Shown: positions 23,993-33,171 of the stretch, one piece after another
Numbering within the stretch: the first letter of the stretch is position 1
Layout: the number at the start of each line of letters is the position of its first letter
Source of the DNA: Actinomycetota bacterium
GTDB taxonomy: Bacteria > Actinomycetota > Actinomycetes > Nanopelagicales > Nanopelagicaceae
Length of the DNA: 44,861 bases
Reading direction: 5' to 3'
Assembly (NCBI GenBank): GCA_041165565.1
Contig: JBEANJ010000004.1
Location: 1 to 44,861, forward strand
Position numbers and translations under genes: made by a program
Notes under the pieces: model-generated
What the model was told of the DNA's origin: nothing
Seen by the model: the letters and a program-made list of their open reading frames with translations, nothing else
Database searches by the model: none

Positions 23993-25126
23993 GTGAAGCT
24001 TTTCTCCAAGCTCGGCGCAGTCGTGGCTTCTAGTGCACTTGCACTAACAGGCCTCGTTGCGATTGCAACTCCCGCTAAAGCGGCAGACTGCACCGGAACT
24101 ATCGCCATCATGGCGCCACTAACCGGTGGAGTTGCGTTTATTGGTAAAGAACAATCAGGTTTTGCACAAGTTGCAATTGATGATGTCAATGCCAAGAATG
24201 GTTCAAAAATTACTTTTAAAGAGTACGACACCCAGCTTGATGCGGCTCAAGCAGCCACACAAGCCCCAAACATCGTCGCAAATAAAGATGTAATCGGAGT
24301 TGTCGGTCCAGCAGGTAGCCAGGAAGTTCTAGCTGTCGGCGGTCTTTTCGGCGCAAATAACATTGCCGTAGTAAGCCCATCAGCAACTCGTACCAACCTA
24401 ACTGCAGGAACTTATCCTTCATTCTTCCGCCCAATTCCAAATGACGGATTACAAGGCCCTGGTAACGCTCGTTACATGGTCCAGAAATTGAAGGCTAAGG
24501 AAGTTGCAGTTATTGAAGAGAAGACTGCATACGGAACTGGTCTCGCCAAGGAATTTATGGATGAGATGAAGAAGCTTCGCGTCAAAGCAACCAATTACGC
24601 AGTTAATGAAAAGAATGCAGATTATGCAGCTGTCGTAACTCGTATTTCAAAGACTGCAGATTTCGTATTCGTAACCTTCCAGGATGCAGCGAAGTCACAG
24701 CAAGTTGCACAGGAATTGATTAAGCAGAAGAAGAAGGCAGTTGTATTCGGCTCTGACGGATCTGATCAACCAACCTTCAAGACTCCTGGAACATATGTTT
24801 CAGGATTCGCTCCTGATGTTAGCGGTCTAAAGGTTGCTGCATCCGCAGTTGCTGCTTACAAGGCAAAGTCTGGCGCGACCAGCATCACCACTTTCGGACC
24901 ACCTGCATATGTAGCAGCTCAGGTAATTGCTGAGGCTGCAGTTCGTGCATGTGCTGCCGGAAAAACTGGCGATCGTGCAACCGTCCTAGCTGAAATCAAG
25001 AAGACCAAGATTAAGAAGACGATCTTGGGCGGCCCACTCGAATTCACCGCTACTGGCGATGTGAAGGGTGGACGTTTCTACATCTTCCAGACTCAGAAAG
25101 ATGGCTCACGCAAGTCAATTGGCTAG
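23993..25126 (+). CDS. ABC transporter substrate-binding protein, LivJ/LivK family (secreted, not a lipoprotein)
   Basis: It has a GTG start and a signal peptide ending TPAKA/AD. The pattern is IAIMAPLTGGVAFIGKE...DDVNAKNG. Confidence 0.9.
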   Translation: MKLFSKLGAVVASSALALTGLVAIATPAKAADCTGTIAIMAPLTGGVAFIGKEQSGFAQVAIDDVNAKNGSKITFKEYDTQLDAAQAATQAPNIVANKDVIGVVGPAGSQEVLAVGGLFGANNIAVVSPSATRTNLTAGTYPSFFRPIPNDGLQGPGNARYMVQKLKAKEVAVIEEKTAYGTGLAKEFMDEMKKLRVKATNYAVNEKNADYAAVVTRISKTADFVFVTFQDAAKSQQVAQELIKQKKKAVVFGSDGSDQPTFKTPGTYVSGFAPDVSGLKVAASAVAAYKAKSGATSITTFGPPAYVAAQVIAEAAVRACAAGKTGDRATVLAEIKKTKIKKTILGGPLEFTATGDVKGGRFYIFQTQKDGSRKSIG

Positions 25127-25149
25127 TCGCTAATTGAATAATTAATGAA

Positions 25150-25191
25150 CTAGGAGGCGGCAGTCTTGAATTGCCACCTCCTAGTTCTTTT
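25150..25191 (+). terminator. Intercistronic hairpin plus T-tract after the SBP gene (attenuator/partial terminator)
   Basis: CTAGGAGGCGGCA-N9-TGCCACCTCCTAG (13 bp with one mismatch), followed by TTCTTTT. Confidence 0.6.
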
Positions 25192-25206
25192 AGCGAAAGA
25201 AAGCGG

Positions 25207-26124
25207 ATGGAATACCTCGGTCAACAATTAATCAATGGGTTAACGCTCGGTGGCGTGTACGCGCTAATTGCCTTGGGTTACACCTTGGTTTACGGGGTGC
25301 TACAGATTTTGAATTTTGCCCACGGCGATGTTTATATGATCGGGGCGTTTCTTGGATTCTTTGCAATGACTTGGCTGGGCGGACCACTTGCTCCAACGGT
25401 ACCGGTGGCGCTGATGCTTTTGGTCATGTTCTTGGTTGCAATGATGGGAACTGGCCTATTAGGAATAGTAATTGAGCGATTTGCCTATCGACCGTTAAGA
25501 AATTCCACGCGAATCGCCCCGCTGATAAGCGCTCTCGGAGTTTCTATCTTGCTTCAAAATGGCGCGCTTCTAATTTTCTCACCAAGTATTAGATCGTACG
25601 ACACCTCTTCCTACATACCCTCAACAGCTGGCATTTCAGTAGGAGGGGTAACACTTGATTCAGTTAGATTTGGCGTACTTGCTCTATCAGCGCTCTTGAT
25701 GATTCTTCTTACTAAGTGGGTGAATGGAACCCAAGTTGGCCGCGCAATGCGAGCTATCGCATACGATAAAGATGCCGCAGTAATGATGGGAATTGATGTC
25801 GATAGAGTAATTCGTTGGACGTTTTTCGTTGGCGCCGCTCTCGCTGGAGCTGCCGGGGTAATGAATGGACTTCTTCTACGTGGCGTATCTAGCGGTATGG
25901 GCTTAATACCTGGGCTAAAAGGATTTACTGCTGCAGTTATCGGAGGTATTGGTTCGGTGCCTGGTGCGATGCTCGGCGGTTTACTACTTGGCGTAATTGA
26001 GAGTTTGGCTCAAGGTTATCTATCTACAAACTTCGCCGACACGATTACTTTCATCTTGTTAATCACCTTTATGCTCTTTAGACCAAATGGAATATTGGGA
26101 CGTCCGATGATGGTGAAGGTATGA
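25207..26124 (+). CDS. livH: ABC transporter permease (LivH-like)
   Basis: I trimmed to the ATG at 25207 (MEYLGQQLINGLTLGGVYALIALGYTLVYG). The sequence LNFAHGD is present. Confidence 0.85.
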   Translation: MEYLGQQLINGLTLGGVYALIALGYTLVYGVLQILNFAHGDVYMIGAFLGFFAMTWLGGPLAPTVPVALMLLVMFLVAMMGTGLLGIVIERFAYRPLRNSTRIAPLISALGVSILLQNGALLIFSPSIRSYDTSSYIPSTAGISVGGVTLDSVRFGVLALSALLMILLTKWVNGTQVGRAMRAIAYDKDAAVMMGIDVDRVIRWTFFVGAALAGAAGVMNGLLLRGVSSGMGLIPGLKGFTAAVIGGIGSVPGAMLGGLLLGVIESLAQGYLSTNFADTITFILLITFMLFRPNGILGRPMMVKV

Positions 26125-27548
26125 GTAACTTAGGAATTGGAACAGATGAATGGGTCGCCCAGCACGAAGAGCGCCTAGCTAGCCAATCTCCACTGAAGAA
26201 GTTATTTGATCGGATACCACTCTGGGCAAAGTGGGGATCATTCTTCGTGATTGCTTTTATCTTTGGAGCTCTCTCAGATAACCAGTACTTGCTTCGCGTG
26301 GGTGTAAATCTGGCTCTCTTTATAATGTTGTCTTACGGATTAAATATTGTGGTTGGTTACGCGGGAATTTTAGATCTGGGATATGTCGCTTTTTATGGAT
26401 TTGGTGCATATGGATATGCGCTACTTTCCTCAGAACAACTAGGACAGCATTGGCCCACTTATATAACAGTTCCATTTATCACAATTTTGACGGCGCTACT
26501 TGGATACCTAATTTCACTGCCTTCGCGCCGCCTATTTGGCGATTATCTAGCAATCGTAACTCTCTTCTTCGGCCAAGTTTTTGTTCAACTTGTCTTAGCG
26601 TCAGATAACATCACATTTCCGTGGGCAGATGATTATGTTGATATAACCGCAGGTTCTAATGGAATTCCCGGATTAGATACTTTTAATCTCTTTGGATTCG
26701 TCTTTGATGATATTAAAGATTATTACTGGTTGCTTATGGCTATTGTCCTATTTCTAACAATTGCAATCCATCGAGTGAGCGCAACGCGAATTGGAAGGGC
26801 TTGGCGAACTGTCCGCGAAGATGCATTGGTCTCCGAAGTCATGGGCGTTAGCGTTAATCGTGTTAAAACAATTGCATTTGTCGCTGGTGCAACCATCGCC
26901 GGCTTTGCAGGAACGATCTTTGCGGGAATGCAGACTGCAGTTTTCATAAATGGCTTCGACTTACCGCTTATGATCATGATTTATGCCGCTGTAATTCTAG
27001 GTGGCAGCGGTAGCCTTGCTGGAGCGCTAATTGGTGCGATTATCATGACAATTCTTCCTGAATTACTGCGTGTTCCTAATTACGGCGCAATATTATTCTT
27101 TGTTGCTTTGATATTAACTTTCTTTGTAATCAGCAAGAAATTCTCGCGCTTCTTAATTAATATAGCCTCGATTATTGCAATAGGTTTTGTATTTCAATTC
27201 TTGATGAAAGCACTAACTATCAATCAGGCAAACGCGGAAGATTGGGTAGTTGGATTTACTGGAAACCTCCTTAAGAATTGGTTATTCGTTCCAGAAAATA
27301 GAATCCTTTGGGGTAATTTTGCCTTTATAGTTTTACTTACTCTGGTCGCAATTTTTTCGATCTCAAAACCTATCTGGAAGAAATTGCTTCTGCCGTTTAT
27401 CGGCTTCGCCGCGATTTTCTTATGGGAGGTAAGGCTTATTGCTGATGTAAGCACCACGCGTCAGCTAATCATTGGAGCGATGTTAGTTGTACTTATGATT
27501 CTGCGCCCACAAGGTCTATTCGGACAGACAAGAGTGGAAATCCTCTAA
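26121..27548 (+). CDS. livM: ABC transporter permease (LivM-like) with extra hydrophobic segments near the C-terminus
   Basis: 475 aa, with an ATGA overlap onto livH. The core reads LNIVVGYAGILDLGYVAFYGFGAY. The canonical ending, ILRPQGLFG, appears only after about 110-130 additional hydrophobic residues. Confidence 0.85.
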   Translation: MSNLGIGTDEWVAQHEERLASQSPLKKLFDRIPLWAKWGSFFVIAFIFGALSDNQYLLRVGVNLALFIMLSYGLNIVVGYAGILDLGYVAFYGFGAYGYALLSSEQLGQHWPTYITVPFITILTALLGYLISLPSRRLFGDYLAIVTLFFGQVFVQLVLASDNITFPWADDYVDITAGSNGIPGLDTFNLFGFVFDDIKDYYWLLMAIVLFLTIAIHRVSATRIGRAWRTVREDALVSEVMGVSVNRVKTIAFVAGATIAGFAGTIFAGMQTAVFINGFDLPLMIMIYAAVILGGSGSLAGALIGAIIMTILPELLRVPNYGAILFFVALILTFFVISKKFSRFLINIASIIAIGFVFQFLMKALTINQANAEDWVVGFTGNLLKNWLFVPENRILWGNFAFIVLLTLVAIFSISKPIWKKLLLPFIGFAAIFLWEVRLIADVSTTRQLIIGAMLVVLMILRPQGLFGQTRVEIL

Positions 27549-28327
27549 TGCTGAAATTATCGAACATTTCTATGGAGTTTGGGGCGCTAAAAACTCTAAA
27601 TGATTTAAGTGTTGAATTGAAAGAGCGAGAAATAGTTAGCGTAATTGGGCCAAATGGCGCTGGAAAAACTACCTTATTCAATGTCATTACCGGGTTATAC
27701 AAACCGACTAGCGGCAGCGTTCAACTTGATTCGAAAGAGATTCTGGGGCTTTCGCCGGCTGAGATTAATCGCGCGGGAATTGCTCGAACTTTCCAAAATG
27801 TACGGCTCTTCTTAAATATGTCTGTCTTAGAGAACGTTATGTCCGCGACCTTCGGTAGAACCCGATCCGGCATATTCTCTTCTGCTCTAGGCTTGAAGCG
27901 AAGCAGACGAGAGGAAGCTGAAGTAAGAGAGAAGGCCCAGGAACTTTTGAAGTTTTTTGGTACCCGACTTACTGGCTACCGTTGGGATCAACCTGCTTAC
28001 TCACTTTCCTACGCAAATCGACGTCGCCTTGAAATTGCAAGGGCGCTTGCGACTGATCCAAAAGTTTTACTTTTAGATGAACCAGCCGCCGGTATGAATC
28101 CTAAAGAGACTCAAGAGATAACCGAGATTGTGGGAAGTCTTAGAGCCGAAAGAGGCTTGACGATTTTAATTATTGAACACGATATGCACGTTGTTGAAGG
28201 CGTTAGCGATCGCGTGGTTGCCTTAGATTACGGAGTAAAGATAGCTGAAGGAGATTTTGATCAGGTGGCAACGCATCCCGCTGTAGTAGAGGCTTATCTA
28301 GGAAAAGGGAGTACCGCTACTAAATGA
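27548..28327 (+). CDS. livG: ABC transporter ATP-binding protein (LivG-like)
   Basis: Walker A is GPNGAGKTT, the signature is LSYANRRRLE and Walker B is LLLDEPAAGM. Confidence 0.9.
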   Translation: MLKLSNISMEFGALKTLNDLSVELKEREIVSVIGPNGAGKTTLFNVITGLYKPTSGSVQLDSKEILGLSPAEINRAGIARTFQNVRLFLNMSVLENVMSATFGRTRSGIFSSALGLKRSRREEAEVREKAQELLKFFGTRLTGYRWDQPAYSLSYANRRRLEIARALATDPKVLLLDEPAAGMNPKETQEITEIVGSLRAERGLTILIIEHDMHVVEGVSDRVVALDYGVKIAEGDFDQVATHPAVVEAYLGKGSTATK

Positions 28328-29034
28328 GTGAATCATTATTAAAGATGGAAAATGTCGATACTTTCTATGGAGCTATCCATATTCTCCAGAAAGTAAATCT
28401 AGAAGTTGGAACCGGCGAGCTCGTTTGTCTCTTAGGCGGTAACGCTTGCGGCAAATCAACCACACTTAAAACCATTCTTGGAATAGTGAAACCAAAATCT
28501 GGAACCATCACATTTGCAGGCGAAGATGTCACAAAAGTAGGCACCCCTGGAAGAGTGAAATTGGGTATGGCAGTAGTCCCTGAAAATAGAAGGCTCTTCG
28601 CCCCAATGACAGTCCTTGAGAATTTAAAGTTAGGCGCATACGTTCGAGGCGAAGCAGACCCTGCTGATCTAGAGAGAGTCTTCGAACTCTTTCCAAAACT
28701 TCGCGACCGCCAGAGTCAATTAGCAGGAACTCTATCTGGTGGCGAACAGCAGATGGTTGCGGTCGGTCGCGCTTTGATGTCTAGACCAAAATTAATTCTC
28801 ATGGATGAACCTTCGATGGGATTGGCGCCTAAGTTCGTTGAACAAAGTTTTGAGATGATCTCAAATCTTCATAAGAGCGGTGTCTCGATGTTGGTGGTCG
28901 AACAGAATGCAAATATGGCGTTAGCTATTGCGGATCGCGGTTATGTCCTACAGACCGGGCGAGTAGTATTGACGGGAAGTGCGAAAGAGCTATCTGGCCA
29001 CGAAGAGTTACGAAAGGCATACCTTGGACGTTAA
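28324..29034 (+). CDS. livF: ABC transporter ATP-binding protein (LivF-like)
   Basis: The P-loop is the variant GGNACGKST, the signature is LSGGEQQ and Walker B is ILMDEPS. The start has an ATGA overlap. Confidence 0.9.
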   Translation: MSESLLKMENVDTFYGAIHILQKVNLEVGTGELVCLLGGNACGKSTTLKTILGIVKPKSGTITFAGEDVTKVGTPGRVKLGMAVVPENRRLFAPMTVLENLKLGAYVRGEADPADLERVFELFPKLRDRQSQLAGTLSGGEQQMVAVGRALMSRPKLILMDEPSMGLAPKFVEQSFEMISNLHKSGVSMLVVEQNANMALAIADRGYVLQTGRVVLTGSAKELSGHEELRKAYLGR

Positions 29035-30178
29035 GACTGATTTGTCGGTCAAATACCGAGTGGATTTTCCGGTATTTGAACATGTTACCTATTTGAACTC
29101 TTGTTCCCAAGGAGCAATATCTAAATCAGTCCGCCAGAGCTTTACGACATATTTAAATTCATTAGAGCTTCATGGTTCCACCTGGGGTGATTGGGCGGGA
29201 CAACAAGAGAAAGTACGCGGGCTTCTCGCAAAGTTGTTTAATGTATCTCCCGGCGAAATGGCAGTAACCACCTCTACTTCGGCAGCAGTCAGTTCGCTTG
29301 CTTCCGCCCTCGATTTTTCAACTAAACGAAATCGAATAGTTACAACGGATAATGAGTTCCCCGCAATTGGCCAGATCTGGCATGCGCAAGAACGTCGTGG
29401 CGCAAGAGTTACTCATGTGCCGAGTCGAGGCGATAACACAGTTGATGTCGACGCAATCTTAAAAGAAATCAATGAAGAAACACTTCTCGTTTCAATAACT
29501 CTAGTCTGCTTCCGAAATGGCGCGCTCACCGATATCGCTCCTATCATTGAAGCTGCAAAACGCGTTGGCGCTCTGGTACTACTCGACTCTTATCAAGGTG
29601 CGGGCGCTATGAATCTTGACCTCTCAAAAATAGGTGCTGACTTTGTCGTAGGTGGAGTCCTCAAATACATGTTAGGCGCCCCCGGCGTTGGATACATGTA
29701 CACAAAAGCTGAAACCACAAAGAATTTAATTCCAACTTCTACTGGATGGTTTGCCGCAAAAGATATTTTTAAAATGGGAATTCATGAATACGATCCTGCA
29801 CTAGATGCTAGACGTTTTGAGAGCGGAACTCCCCCTATTCCAAGTTTGTACCCAGCTGTTGCCGGCCTCGAATACCTCTTACAGGTTGGAATGGAAGAGA
29901 TTGTGGATTATGTAAGCCATCTTCATGAAGCACTAAGGTCTGGAATCGAAGAGTTAGGTGGTTCCATAGCCACTCCCGCCCATGCCCACGCTGCAATGTT
30001 GGCTGTTAGATCGACTGATGAAAACGCACTTGTTGCAGCTTTAGAGACTGAAAAGATCATCACCTCTTGCAGAGATGGAAATCTTCGAATCTCACCTCAC
30101 TTCTACAACAATATGGAAGATATAGATCTCACGATTAAAGCTTTAGGAAAATATAAGTCCCTGCTCAAAACTCCTTAA
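29024..30178 (+). CDS. Class-V-fold PLP-dependent enzyme, kynureninase-like
   Basis: The segment LLDSYQGAGAMNLDLSKIGADFVVGGVLKYMLGAPGVGYMY resembles the kynureninase PLP-lysine region (GADY..G..YKYLNxGPG) more than the SGHK of cysteine desulfurases. The start is uncertain. I propose the TTG at 29024, which follows GAAAGG and overlaps the livF stop. The ORF-track start at 28979 lies inside livF. Confidence 0.65.
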   Translation: MDVKTDLSVKYRVDFPVFEHVTYLNSCSQGAISKSVRQSFTTYLNSLELHGSTWGDWAGQQEKVRGLLAKLFNVSPGEMAVTTSTSAAVSSLASALDFSTKRNRIVTTDNEFPAIGQIWHAQERRGARVTHVPSRGDNTVDVDAILKEINEETLLVSITLVCFRNGALTDIAPIIEAAKRVGALVLLDSYQGAGAMNLDLSKIGADFVVGGVLKYMLGAPGVGYMYTKAETTKNLIPTSTGWFAAKDIFKMGIHEYDPALDARRFESGTPPIPSLYPAVAGLEYLLQVGMEEIVDYVSHLHEALRSGIEELGGSIATPAHAHAAMLAVRSTDENALVAALETEKIITSCRDGNLRISPHFYNNMEDIDLTIKALGKYKSLLKTP

Positions 30179-31027
30179 TTAGAGGCGACACGAATTTATA
30201 TTGCTTACCAGGATTCCTTTTGCCCCTAATTGCCACAGTTTATCCATAGCCGAGTTAACTTCTTTGCGTTTAACCATCGCTCTAACGGCAACCCATTCTG
30301 AATTTTGTAGAGGTGAAATAGTTGGGGATTCGATTCCTGGAGTGATAGCACAGGCTTTCTCTAAATCCTTCTTCAAAACATCATAGTCCACTAGTACGTA
30401 TTGGCGAGCGATAACAACCCCAGAGAGTCTTCTTACTAGTGTATCGACGGAGCTCTGATCAACTTTGCTATTTCCCTGAATTAGAACCGCCTCGGAATTA
30501 GTGATTACATCTCCAAAACTTTCTAGATTTGCCGCACGCAGAGTGCTACCAGTTGAGACTACATCCGCTATTAAGTCGGCAACGCCAAGGGCAATGGCGC
30601 TTTCGACCGCGCCATCTAGTTCGACGATCGAAGCCTCAATCTTCTTTTCTTCCAGATAGTTCTTAAGTAATCGTGGGTAAGCTGTTGCAATTCTCTTGGT
30701 TGCGACATCTTTAAGCTGAAGATTCTTACCTTGAGGTCCAGCAAATCTAAATGTCGATTTACCAAAGTCTAAATCAAGAATTACACGAGCTTGGGCTCCG
30801 CTATCGAGTAATAAATCTCGGCCAGTGATTCCAAGGTTTAACTCACCATTTCCGACATAAACTGCGATATCTCGTGGTCGTAAATAGTAAAACTCAACGT
30901 CATTTTCATTATCGATAAGAGATAAATCTCGATCATCATTTCGCTGTCTATATCCAGATTCCCTCAAGATTTGGGCAGCAGCTTCTGCGAGACTCCCTTT
31001 ATTGGGAAGAGCAATTTTCAATCTCAT
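30179..31027 (-). CDS. hisG: ATP phosphoribosyltransferase, long form
   Basis: 282 aa, with LKIALPNKGSL, ITGRDLL and a C-terminal regulatory domain. Its stop abuts the stop of the convergent gene. Confidence 0.9.
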   Translation of the reverse strand: MRLKIALPNKGSLAEAAAQILRESGYRQRNDDRDLSLIDNENDVEFYYLRPRDIAVYVGNGELNLGITGRDLLLDSGAQARVILDLDFGKSTFRFAGPQGKNLQLKDVATKRIATAYPRLLKNYLEEKKIEASIVELDGAVESAIALGVADLIADVVSTGSTLRAANLESFGDVITNSEAVLIQGNSKVDQSSVDTLVRRLSGVVIARQYVLVDYDVLKKDLEKACAITPGIESPTISPLQNSEWVAVRAMVKRKEVNSAMDKLWQLGAKGILVSNINSCRL

Positions 31028-31291
31028 CTAAAGCTCCTTATAAATGTCATCTAATGAAAGTCCCCGAGAGATCATTAAGACCTGGAGATGGTAGAGCAAC
31101 TGAGAGATCTCCTTAGCTAAATCTTCTTTAGATTCATGTTCGGCTGCTAACCAGACTTCGCCCGCCTCTTCAATAATCTTTTTACCAATTTCATGCACGC
31201 CCGAATCGAGCTCGGAAACGGTTCGTGAACCGCTAGGGCGTTCCTGCGACGTCTTAACGAGTTGTTCCCATAACTGGTCAAAAGATTTCAT
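31028..31291 (-). CDS. hisE: Phosphoribosyl-ATP pyrophosphatase
   Basis: 87 aa, with FDQLWEQL...[17 protein letters not shown]...[13 protein letters not shown]. Confidence 0.85.
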   Translation of the reverse strand: MKSFDQLWEQLVKTSQERPSGSRTVSELDSGVHEIGKKIIEEAGEVWLAAEHESKEDLAKEISQLLYHLQVLMISRGLSLDDIYKEL

Positions 31292-31324
31292 AGTAAAGTT
31301 TACCGCAAGGAATATTTTTATGAG

Positions 31325-31648
31325 TCAGATAATTTTTTCTTCAAAACAGGTAATAGTCCCGTTGTGGCAAGCCGGTCCTGCTGGGTCAACCAAATAAAGT
31401 AGTGAATCACCATCACAGTCAAGCTTTATATTGATGATGCGCTGATAATTACCGGACTCCTCACCCTTGATCCAAATCCTATTTCTGCTTCTGCTCCAAA
31501 AGGTAGCGTTTCCAGATTTTATAGATTTCTCGAGCGCTTCCTGATTTGCCCAAGCAACCATTAGAACTTCCTTAGTGGAACTATCTTGAACTACAACGTT
31601 GATTAATTCGCCGGCCTTAAATCGCTGAATCAGAGACTCGGGAATCAT
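31325..31648 (-). CDS. hisI: Phosphoribosyl-AMP cyclohydrolase
   Basis: 107 aa, with MVAWANQEAL, FWSRSRNRIWIKGEESGN, DCDGDSLLYLV and PACHNG. Confidence 0.9.
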   Translation of the reverse strand: MIPESLIQRFKAGELINVVVQDSSTKEVLMVAWANQEALEKSIKSGNATFWSRSRNRIWIKGEESGNYQRIINIKLDCDGDSLLYLVDPAGPACHNGTITCFEEKII

Positions 31649-31667
31649 TTCTGTATCCTCTCATTAA

Positions 31668-32438
31668 CTATCCAATCTTTTCCATGCGGACTGGAATTCC
31701 GCCTTTCTTAAGCGCATCTTTTACCTGTTTTATTCGAATTTCACCAAAGTGAAAAATTGATGCAGCAAGTAGAGCATTGGCGCCAGCTGAAAGCGCTTCT
31801 GAAAAATGGTGTAACGATCCGGCTCCGCCACTTGCGATTATCGGTAGATTTGAATGCGCCCGAGCAACTCGAATCATTTCAAGGTCATAACCAGATTTAA
31901 CTCCATCTTTATCCATCGAATTTAAAAGTATTTCGCCAGCGCCTCGGACTTCGATTTCCTCAATCCAAGAGCGCATATCTAAACCACTGCTATTTCTGCC
32001 ACCGTGGGTGGTCACTTCAAACTGACCGTCTTTCGTCCGGCGTGCATCAATGGACAATACAAGAACTTGGTTGCCAAAGCGCTCACTGATTTGATTAATC
32101 AATTCGGGATTTGAAATTGCGGCAGTATTGATTGAGACTTTATCGGCGCCGGCACGCAATAGCGAATCAACTTGAGCCACAGAACTTATTCCGCCGCCGA
32201 CAGTTAGCGGAATAAATATTTCTTCGGCACATTTCTTAACGACTTCTAGTGTGGTTGAGCGGCCATCGGCCGAAGCTGAGATATCTAAAAACGTTAGTTC
32301 GTCTGCGCCTTCTGATTGATACTTCCTCGCCATCTCCACTGGGTCTCCGGCATCAACAAGATTGATGAAATTAATTCCTTTAACTACCCGTCCGGCATCT
32401 ACATCAAGACACGGGATAATTCTTGTTGCCAGGCTCAT
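31668..32438 (-). CDS. hisF: Imidazole glycerol phosphate synthase, cyclase subunit
   Basis: The ATG at 32438 follows GGAGG. Motifs are [24 protein letters not shown] and IASGGAG. Confidence 0.95.
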   Translation of the reverse strand: MSLATRIIPCLDVDAGRVVKGINFINLVDAGDPVEMARKYQSEGADELTFLDISASADGRSTTLEVVKKCAEEIFIPLTVGGGISSVAQVDSLLRAGADKVSINTAAISNPELINQISERFGNQVLVLSIDARRTKDGQFEVTTHGGRNSSGLDMRSWIEEIEVRGAGEILLNSMDKDGVKSGYDLEMIRVARAHSNLPIIASGGAGSLHHFSEALSAGANALLAASIFHFGEIRIKQVKDALKKGGIPVRMEKIG

Positions 32439-32439
32439 A

Positions 32440-33171
32440 CTATTTGCCTCCATTAGCAACTGTTAGAGCGTCACGTAAAGTAAAGGCTCCTGAATACAGA
32501 GCTTTTCCAATAATTACACCCTCTACTCCCGAATCTTGCAGTTCGCAAACTTTCTTCACGTCTTCAATCGAAGAAATTCCTCCGCTTGCAATTATCGGAG
32601 TGCTAGTGAATTGAGTAATTTCTCTTAGTAAATCCAAGTTAGGTCCGGTTAAGGTTCCATCTCTTGAGATGTCAGTGACCACATAACGCGAGCAGCCTGC
32701 TCGGTCTAGACGCTCGATAGTTTCAAAGAGTTCGCCTGCGGTTTGGGTCCAACCCCGGCTAGATAGTTCGCGATTCTTTACATCTAAGCCCACGGCTACT
32801 TTATCGCCAAAACGAGATATTACATCGGCAGTCCATTCAGGATCTTCTAGCGCTGCCGTTCCAAGGTTGACTCGCCGACAACCAGTTGATAGCGCTTTAA
32901 TTAATGAAACTTCATTTCTAATTCCGCCCGATAATTCAATGTTGAGATTAACACTTTCTATAACTCTCTTGATTAGAGAAAAATTCTCACCCTGACCAAA
33001 GGCGGCATCAAGATCTACTAAATGAATCCATCTAGCTCCTTCACGGGCGAATTCTTCAGCTACTTGTACCGGTTCGCCATATTGTGTTTCTGCGGAAAGT
33101 TCACCGCGAACGAGACGAACGGCGTTACCGCCCTTAACATCTATGGCCGGAAGAATTTCAAATTCGCTCAT
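32440..33171 (-). CDS. hisA: ProFAR isomerase (HisA). It may be the bifunctional PriA type if the host is an actinobacterium lacking trpF.
   Basis: The ATG at 33171 forms an ATGA overlap with the hisH stop. Motifs are [24 protein letters not shown] and IASGGISS. Confidence 0.9.
   Translation of the reverse strand: MSEFEILPAIDVKGGNAVRLVRGELSAETQYGEPVQVAEEFAREGARWIHLVDLDAAFGQGENFSLIKRVIESVNLNIELSGGIRNEVSLIKALSTGCRRVNLGTAALEDPEWTADVISRFGDKVAVGLDVKNRELSSRGWTQTAGELFETIERLDRAGCSRYVVTDISRDGTLTGPNLDLLREITQFTSTPIIASGGISSIEDVKKVCELQDSGVEGVIIGKALYSGAFTLRDALTVANGGK

Noticed and set aside
28979-29023. The ORF-track start of the PLP enzyme at 28979, lying 56 nt inside livF
   Set aside because: The extension (MRKSYLATKSYERHT) is out of frame with the livF C-terminus and has no family similarity. 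A TTG at 29024 with an upstream GAAAGG gives a family-typical N-terminus. The exact start remains uncertain.
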